IMG/VR virus record: IMGVR_UViG_3300029798_000001
Reading direction: 5' to 3' (one strand)
Length of the DNA stretch: 64,000 nucleotides
Source: a virus
Taxonomy: Duplodnaviria; Caudoviricetes
A program made the position numbers and the translations under genes. Positions 58,804 through 64,000 of the stretch are shown here, piece after piece (positions within the stretch are counted from its first letter, which is position 1; each line of letters begins with the position of its first letter). Under the pieces are notes generated by a model that saw nothing but the letters and a program-made list of their open reading frames with translations, ran no database searches and was not told the DNA's origin.

Positions 58804-59064
58804 ATGTCAGACCGTATTTTTACAGCAGAAGAGACCAAAAAACTTAATCAAATCATAAATGAGGGAATTCAAGTCACAATGGAAATCGAAACTCTTCAAG
58901 GTGGATTAACTGATACCGTAAAAGCAATTTCGGAAGAACTCAACATTAAACCATCTATCCTCAAAAAAGCAATCCGCCTGGCACATAAATCAGAATTTGG
59001 CCGTGAGCAGGATGATCACAGTTTGCTCGAGCAAATACTTACACAAGTAGGTAAGACACTATAA
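58804..59064 (+). CDS. small helical protein, possibly T4 DsbA-like dsDNA-binding
   Basis: AGGAG RBS; VKAISEELNIKPSILKKAIRLAHK. Confidence 0.5.
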   Translation: MSDRIFTAEETKKLNQIINEGIQVTMEIETLQGGLTDTVKAISEELNIKPSILKKAIRLAHKSEFGREQDDHSLLEQILTQVGKTL

Positions 59065-59067
59065 ATA
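59060..59067 (+). promoter_or_regulatory. T4-type late promoter
   Basis: Exact TATAAATA upstream of the polymerase leader. Confidence 0.6.
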
Positions 59068-59142
59068 TTGTTTTACAACAGCGAGTCGCTCACGTTACGA
59101 ACATGAATCAAGGTCAGTGGGCCATAAGCCACAAGGAGAAGA

Positions 59143-61293
59143 ATGAGTTTTGTAGATGCACTTTTTGATCGTGAACACGATCGTATCCATGTAGTTGAGC
59201 GCCGAGACGGTGAGCGGGTATACAAAGAATACCCTGCAAATTTTGTATTCTATTATGAAGACCCTCGTGGCAAGTTTCAAAGTATATTTGGCACACCGGT
59301 AAGTCGTTTTAGCTCACGTAACAATAAAGAATTCCGCAAAGAACTTAGGATACAATCAGGCAAGAAATTATTTGAATCTGATATCAATCCTGTATTTCGG
59401 TGCCTTGAAGAAAACTACAAAGGGCAAGACGGTCCAAAACTTAATGTAGCGTTCTTTGACATTGAGGTGGACTTTGATCCTGAGCGCGGATTTAGCCGCC
59501 CAGAGGATCCATTTAATGCTATCACTGCCATTTCAGTTTACCTACAGTGGTTAGAGCAAATGGTCACCTTGGTAATTCCACCTAAGCATATGAGCAAAGA
59601 AACAGCTCAAGAAATTGCCAACGAGTTTGAAAACACAATCATATTCACTGAAGAAGGAGAACTGTTAAAAACATTCCTAGACTTAATCGAAGATGCAGAT
59701 GCATTGTCGGGTTGGAACTCAGAAGGATTTGATATACCGTACACTGTCAACCGTGTAACTCGTATACTAAGTAAAGATGATACCCGCAGGTTTTGCTTAT
59801 GGAATCAATATCCCAAGAAGCGTACATTTGAACGCTTTGGTGCAGAAAACGAAACTTACGATTTGATTGGTCGTGTACATATGGATTATATGCAATTGTA
59901 TCGAAAATATACATATGAAGAACGCCATAGTTACAGTTTAGATGCCATTGCTGAATATGAACTACAAGAAACTAAAACAGTGTTCGAAGGCACACTGGAT
60001 CAATTATACAATCAAAACTTTAAAACATTTATTGAGTATAATCGACAAGATACAATGATTCTTGCCAAGTTAGATAAGAAACTAAAATTTTTAGATCTAG
60101 CCAACACCTTGGCACATGAAAATACTGTGCTATTGCAAACTACTATGGGTGCCGTGGCTGTGACAGAACAGGCCATTATCAATGAGGCACACGAGCGTAG
60201 TATGGTTGTTCCTAATCGTAAGGAACGCTATTCGGATGAAGATACACAAGCGGCCGGTGCCTATGTTGCTTATCCACGCAAGGGTATACATGAGTATGTA
60301 GGATCAATTGATATTAACTCACTATATCCAAGTGCTATTCGTGCGCTTAATATGGGTCCAGAAACTATTGTGGGGCAACTCCGTCCTACAATGACCGATC
60401 GTTATATTGCCGATAAGATGCGTAGTGGAAGTAGTTTTGCCGCAGCGTGGGAAGGCCTGTTTGGATCATTAGAATATGAAGCTGTAATGGCCAGTGAGCG
60501 CGGCACAGAGATTACAGTAGATTGGCAAGGTGGTGAAGATTCTGTACACAGTGCGGCAGAAGTTTGGAAGATGATTTTTGATTCTAACCAACCATGGATG
60601 CTTAGTGCCAACGGTACAATCTTTACCTATGAAAAAGAAGCAATTATTCCGGGATTGTTAAAACGCTGGTACGCCGAGCGGAAAGAAATGCAGTCCAAAC
60701 TTAAAGAATGTAAAAATGCAGAAGACGAAGAATATTGGGATAAACGACAACTCGTTAAAAAGATTAACCTTAACAGTCTCTATGGTGCTATCCTTAACCC
60801 TGGTTGCCGCTTTTTTGATAAGCGCATTGGACAATCTACCACACTAACCGGTCGTGCTATCGCCAAGCACATGGACGCCTATGTAAATGAATGTATCACT
60901 GGCAAGTATGACCATGTAGGCGAATCAATTATTTACGGTGACAGTGTAACCGGCAATACTCTTATTAAGACTGATTCTGGAGAAATAGCTATTGAAGAAT
61001 TATTTAGACAGACTCCTGAACATTGTATTATTGGTGACAAGGAATATGCTACTGGAGCATTGGCCAAAGTTGTGGGATTTAATGCGTATGAAGATTCTCC
61101 TATAATGAGCAATATATCGTACGTAATGCGACACAAAACAAAAAAGAAACTGTACAAAATTACGCTAGAAAATAATAAGTCAGTCACTGTAACCGAAGAT
61201 CATAGTATAATGGTAGATCGTGACGGATTCCTAATGGAAGTAAAACCCAATGACATCTTGGGTAAAGATTTAATTATCAGTCTGAATACATAA
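59143..61293 (+). CDS. polB: DNA polymerase B, N-terminal part (600 aa) fused to N-intein (116 aa)
   Basis: Exo motifs FDIE, GWNS..FD, YN.QD; Pol motifs DINSLYPS, KINLNSLYG, YGD followed by intein Ser1. Confidence 0.95.
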   Translation: MSFVDALFDREHDRIHVVERRDGERVYKEYPANFVFYYEDPRGKFQSIFGTPVSRFSSRNNKEFRKELRIQSGKKLFESDINPVFRCLEENYKGQDGPKLNVAFFDIEVDFDPERGFSRPEDPFNAITAISVYLQWLEQMVTLVIPPKHMSKETAQEIANEFENTIIFTEEGELLKTFLDLIEDADALSGWNSEGFDIPYTVNRVTRILSKDDTRRFCLWNQYPKKRTFERFGAENETYDLIGRVHMDYMQLYRKYTYEERHSYSLDAIAEYELQETKTVFEGTLDQLYNQNFKTFIEYNRQDTMILAKLDKKLKFLDLANTLAHENTVLLQTTMGAVAVTEQAIINEAHERSMVVPNRKERYSDEDTQAAGAYVAYPRKGIHEYVGSIDINSLYPSAIRALNMGPETIVGQLRPTMTDRYIADKMRSGSSFAAAWEGLFGSLEYEAVMASERGTEITVDWQGGEDSVHSAAEVWKMIFDSNQPWMLSANGTIFTYEKEAIIPGLLKRWYAERKEMQSKLKECKNAEDEEYWDKRQLVKKINLNSLYGAILNPGCRFFDKRIGQSTTLTGRAIAKHMDAYVNECITGKYDHVGESIIYGDSVTGNTLIKTDSGEIAIEELFRQTPEHCIIGDKEYATGALAKVVGFNAYEDSPIMSNISYVMRHKTKKKLYKITLENNKSVTVTEDHSIMVDRDGFLMEVKPNDILGKDLIISLNT
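60943..61293 (+). mobile_element. split intein, N-terminal half
   Basis: Block A SVTGNTLIKT; block B VTVTEDHSIM (TxxH); ends at TAA. Confidence 0.9.
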
Positions 61294-61320
61294 ATACTAT
61301 GAAGATAGGAGTATCATCAT

Positions 61321-62280
61321 ATGCCAACATGTTTAGAGTGCGGGTATTCAGCCCCAAGATTACAGTGGACACACTTCAAATACAAATGTACCGGAAAATT
61401 CAAAAACGGTAATGAGTATATGTCCGCACACCCCGGTAGTGAGATAATAGATCCAGAATTAAAGAAAAAATACGGGTTTACACTTGACTCGGCTGTCAAA
61501 AAGTATGGTGCTGTGGAAGGTCAAAAACGATGGAATGAGTATTGTGATGCGCAGGCAACCACTAATACTTTTGAATACAAACATGAAAAATACGGTTGGA
61601 CCCGTGAACAGTTTGACGAGTACAATTCATCAAGAGCAGTAACCATTGCAAACATGATCAAACGACATGGTGAAGAAATTGGAGTTGCTAAATGGCAAGA
61701 ATATTGCGAACGACAAGGATATACCAATACCAAAGAATATTTTATTGAAAAGTACGGTGCAATCATTGGCGTTAAAAAATATATTGAGGTTAACAAGAAA
61801 AAGAAAAACCCACACGACCCGGTGAGTATTTCTGAAAAATTAGGAATTACCTTGGACGAGGCGGTAGACATTATCTTGTCGAGAGAAAATTCTGGAAGAA
61901 GATATATTAGTAATCTTGAAGAAGAATTTACAAACATGCTTGAAGATAAAGTAGGACCACTTGACTATACCTCAGCTAAACGACCATTTGGCAAATGGTC
62001 TCATTTATTGAATACCTATGTTGTATATGATATAAAACACGGCAATTGCATTATTGAATTCAATGGTGATTACTGGCATGCTAATCCCAACATTTATGCT
62101 GGCACCGCTACAATAAGAGGTGTCCCGGCGGTTGATATATGGCGCCAGAATGTGTTAAAATTACAAACAGCACAGGATTTGGAATTCAAAACCCTAGTGG
62201 TTTGGGAAACAGAATTTCGAAATGATAAAGTTGGAACAATTAATAAGGTAGCAGAATGGATATTACAAGAACAACCGTAA
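61321..62280 (+). mobile_element. free-standing Vsr-like/PD-(D/E)XK homing endonuclease between the intein halves
   Basis: Repeated KYG...W.EYC..Q motifs; YDIK...IIEFNGDYWHANP...LVVWE; own TAAATA (61291) and AGGAG RBS. Confidence 0.85.
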
Positions 62281-62381
62281 AAAGTATTGATTGTCTCGGT
62301 GAGGTGGATGACTATGTGTATGATCTCAGTATAGAAGATCAAGATCCTTATTTTTTTGCCAATGACATATTGGTGCATAAT
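62256..62381 (+). mobile_element. split intein, C-terminal half
   Basis: Block F VYDLSIE; block G HN; +1 residue Thr. Confidence 0.9.
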
Positions 62382-63239
62382 ACCGACTCGTGTTATTTCA
62401 CTGCATACCCTGTGTTGCAAAAAGAAATCGAAGCTGGTACAATGTCTTGGTCGAAAGAAATTGCGGTACAATTATATAACTCTATTGCCGACCAAGTTAA
62501 TGATAGCTTTCCAGGATTTATGGAACAAGCATTTCATGTACCTAGAGAAATGGGCGAAGTGATCAAAGGTGGGCGAGAGATTGTCGCAAGTAAAGGGCTG
62601 TTTATTACCAAGAAGCGGTATGCTGTATTGTATTATGATAAAGAAAATAAGCGTGTAGATACCCACGGTAGTCCTGGTAAAGTAAAAGCCATGGGCCTTG
62701 ATTTAAAAAGATCAGATACTCCCAAGGTTATTCAAGAATTTTTAAGCGAGATTCTCGACGAGGTACTCACAGGCTCCACCAGAGATCAGGTTATTGAAAA
62801 GATCCGCGAATTTAAGTATATTTTTAAAGAGAGGCCGGGTTGGGAGAAGGGTAGTCCTAAGCGTGTAAACAACTTAACCAAATATGGTAAGGAAGAAGAA
62901 AGATTAGGCAAAGCCAATATGCCAGGACATGTCCGTGCTGCACTTAATTGGAATAATCTTCGCAGGATGAATGGCGACAAATATAGTTTACAGATTGTTG
63001 ATGGCATGAAAACAATTGTATGTAAACTAAAATCTAATCCACTTGGCTGGACTAGCATTGGTTACCCTACTGACGAAACACATTTGCCACAATGGTTTAA
63101 AGAGTTGCCGTTTGATGACACCGAAATGGAAGCCACTGTAGTTGATCAAAAGCTAGACAATTTATTAAGTGTATTAGAATGGGACTTGGCCAGTGCTACT
63201 AACACTAAAAATATTTTTCAAACATTGTTCGAGTGGTAA
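62256..63239 (+). CDS. polB: C-intein (42 aa) fused to DNA polymerase B C-terminal part
   Basis: VYDLSIE...ILVHN then TDSCYF (restores YGDTDS); KKRYA; GLDLKRSDTP. Confidence 0.95.
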   Translation: MDITRTTVKSIDCLGEVDDYVYDLSIEDQDPYFFANDILVHNTDSCYFTAYPVLQKEIEAGTMSWSKEIAVQLYNSIADQVNDSFPGFMEQAFHVPREMGEVIKGGREIVASKGLFITKKRYAVLYYDKENKRVDTHGSPGKVKAMGLDLKRSDTPKVIQEFLSEILDEVLTGSTRDQVIEKIREFKYIFKERPGWEKGSPKRVNNLTKYGKEEERLGKANMPGHVRAALNWNNLRRMNGDKYSLQIVDGMKTIVCKLKSNPLGWTSIGYPTDETHLPQWFKELPFDDTEMEATVVDQKLDNLLSVLEWDLASATNTKNIFQTLFEW

Positions 63240-63240
63240 T

Positions 63241-64000
63241 ATGAAACTTAGCAACCTTATTAATTATCGTAATCAGTTAAATGCGTTATCGGCGACATCG
63301 GTATTGGAAACAGCCAATGTTGAGCTTGATAAAGTATTACATCTTGTTGACACCGAACCTGAGTTGATGAGTTTAGTTACCCATGATCTTGATCAACAAT
63401 ATGCAACTATACAACAGGCATTCATTAATTTTGAAACAGACCTTAATAATTTAAAAACCCAACTACAAGTAAAAATTGAAGAGGCAGAACGGCCATGGAT
63501 CCAAGAAGGGTATAATATGTACGACAAAGGAGAAGTAGATTATGTTAATACTATCCTTACTACCCGCAAAGATAATTCAGTAGATTCAACTCCGTTCCGT
63601 GCAAAACTGAATCAATATGCTAACTGGAAATATCCAGCAATGATCATTCGACCCGGCCTAGAAACATTTATTGAAGATATGGTAGCCTACGATCCTCTTT
63701 ACATTGTAGATCTATCCTATGATTTTTTACGACCTGCCATGGATCGATTTAATAAACAATACCAAAATCGACTGAGACTGTATGTTGTTAAAGAAGATCT
63801 TGACGCTGGAATATTAAATAAATTACCCAACGAACAATTTGGTATCTGTCTTGCTTACAATTATTTTAATTTTAGACCATTAGAAATAATTAAAAAATAT
63901 TTAGAAGAAATATATCAAAAACTTAAACCAGGTGGTATTTTTGTGTTTACCTTTAATGACTGTGATCGTCGTAGTGCAGTTGAATTAGTTGAAAACCATT
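63241..64000 (+). CDS. 3'-truncated ORF, coiled-coil plus class I methyltransferase-like domain
   Basis: Open from ATG 63241 to the window end; EIYQKLKPGGIFVFTFND. Confidence 0.6.
   Translation, partial: MKLSNLINYRNQLNALSATSVLETANVELDKVLHLVDTEPELMSLVTHDLDQQYATIQQAFINFETDLNNLKTQLQVKIEEAERPWIQEGYNMYDKGEVDYVNTILTTRKDNSVDSTPFRAKLNQYANWKYPAMIIRPGLETFIEDMVAYDPLYIVDLSYDFLRPAMDRFNKQYQNRLRLYVVKEDLDAGILNKLPNEQFGICLAYNYFNFRPLEIIKKYLEEIYQKLKPGGIFVFTFNDCDRRSAVELVENH

Noticed and set aside
61294-62255. Group I intron interrupting polB
   Set aside because: Both flanks carry intein motifs with their own stop and start codons, and no group I core was recognisable; a split intein explains the layout.
1-64000. 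Genome-wide stop-codon reassignment (TAG or TGA)
   Set aside because: Well-known genes are intact under the standard code, and TAG ends SleB (7196) and IF-1-adjacent genes at natural positions; only one isolated suspicious TAG was seen.
1-64000. tRNA genes
   Set aside because: GTTCAAAT-like T-arm strings (about 7750 and 22040) lie inside coding sequence without a cloverleaf; none could be supported.

Overview
This is a 64-kb segment of a large, AT-rich, T4-like (jumbo) bacteriophage genome in the standard genetic code. The host may be a Gram-negative Betaproteobacterium; this is inferred only from the Bug/TctC, ErpA and IF-1 genes. Nearly all genes are on the + strand and are preceded by sigma70-type (TTGAC-N16-18-TATAAT) or T4-late-like (TAAATA/TAAGTA) promoter motifs. 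In order the window holds: GIY-YIG-like nucleases with an amino-DNA methyltransferase; early hypothetical genes; host-like genes (Hc1-like, SleB hydrolase, IF-1, SOD, ErpA, GroES, PhoH, DnaJ, ClpA, Dps); tail/baseplate proteins; a clamp loader; AT-rich accessory inserts; a nine-gene tailoring-enzyme plus solute-binding-protein cluster; a lysis region; a ~17-kb block of probable capsid-packaged proteins including two giant modular polyproteins; and a family B DNA polymerase split by a naturally split intein with a free-standing endonuclease gene between the halves. The strongest candidates for an undescribed system are (1) polyproteins made of small in-frame cassettes whose junctions carry a conserved DNA repeat (CAAGGYRTRGCGGARG, encoding QGVAE-G) that may also be a prohead-protease site, (2) the phage-borne diiron/amidotransferase/sulfation/Bug-receptor cluster, and (3) two structured RNA candidates, one ending in a canonical k-turn over an RBS. 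All product calls come from motif recognition by eye; no database searches were run.
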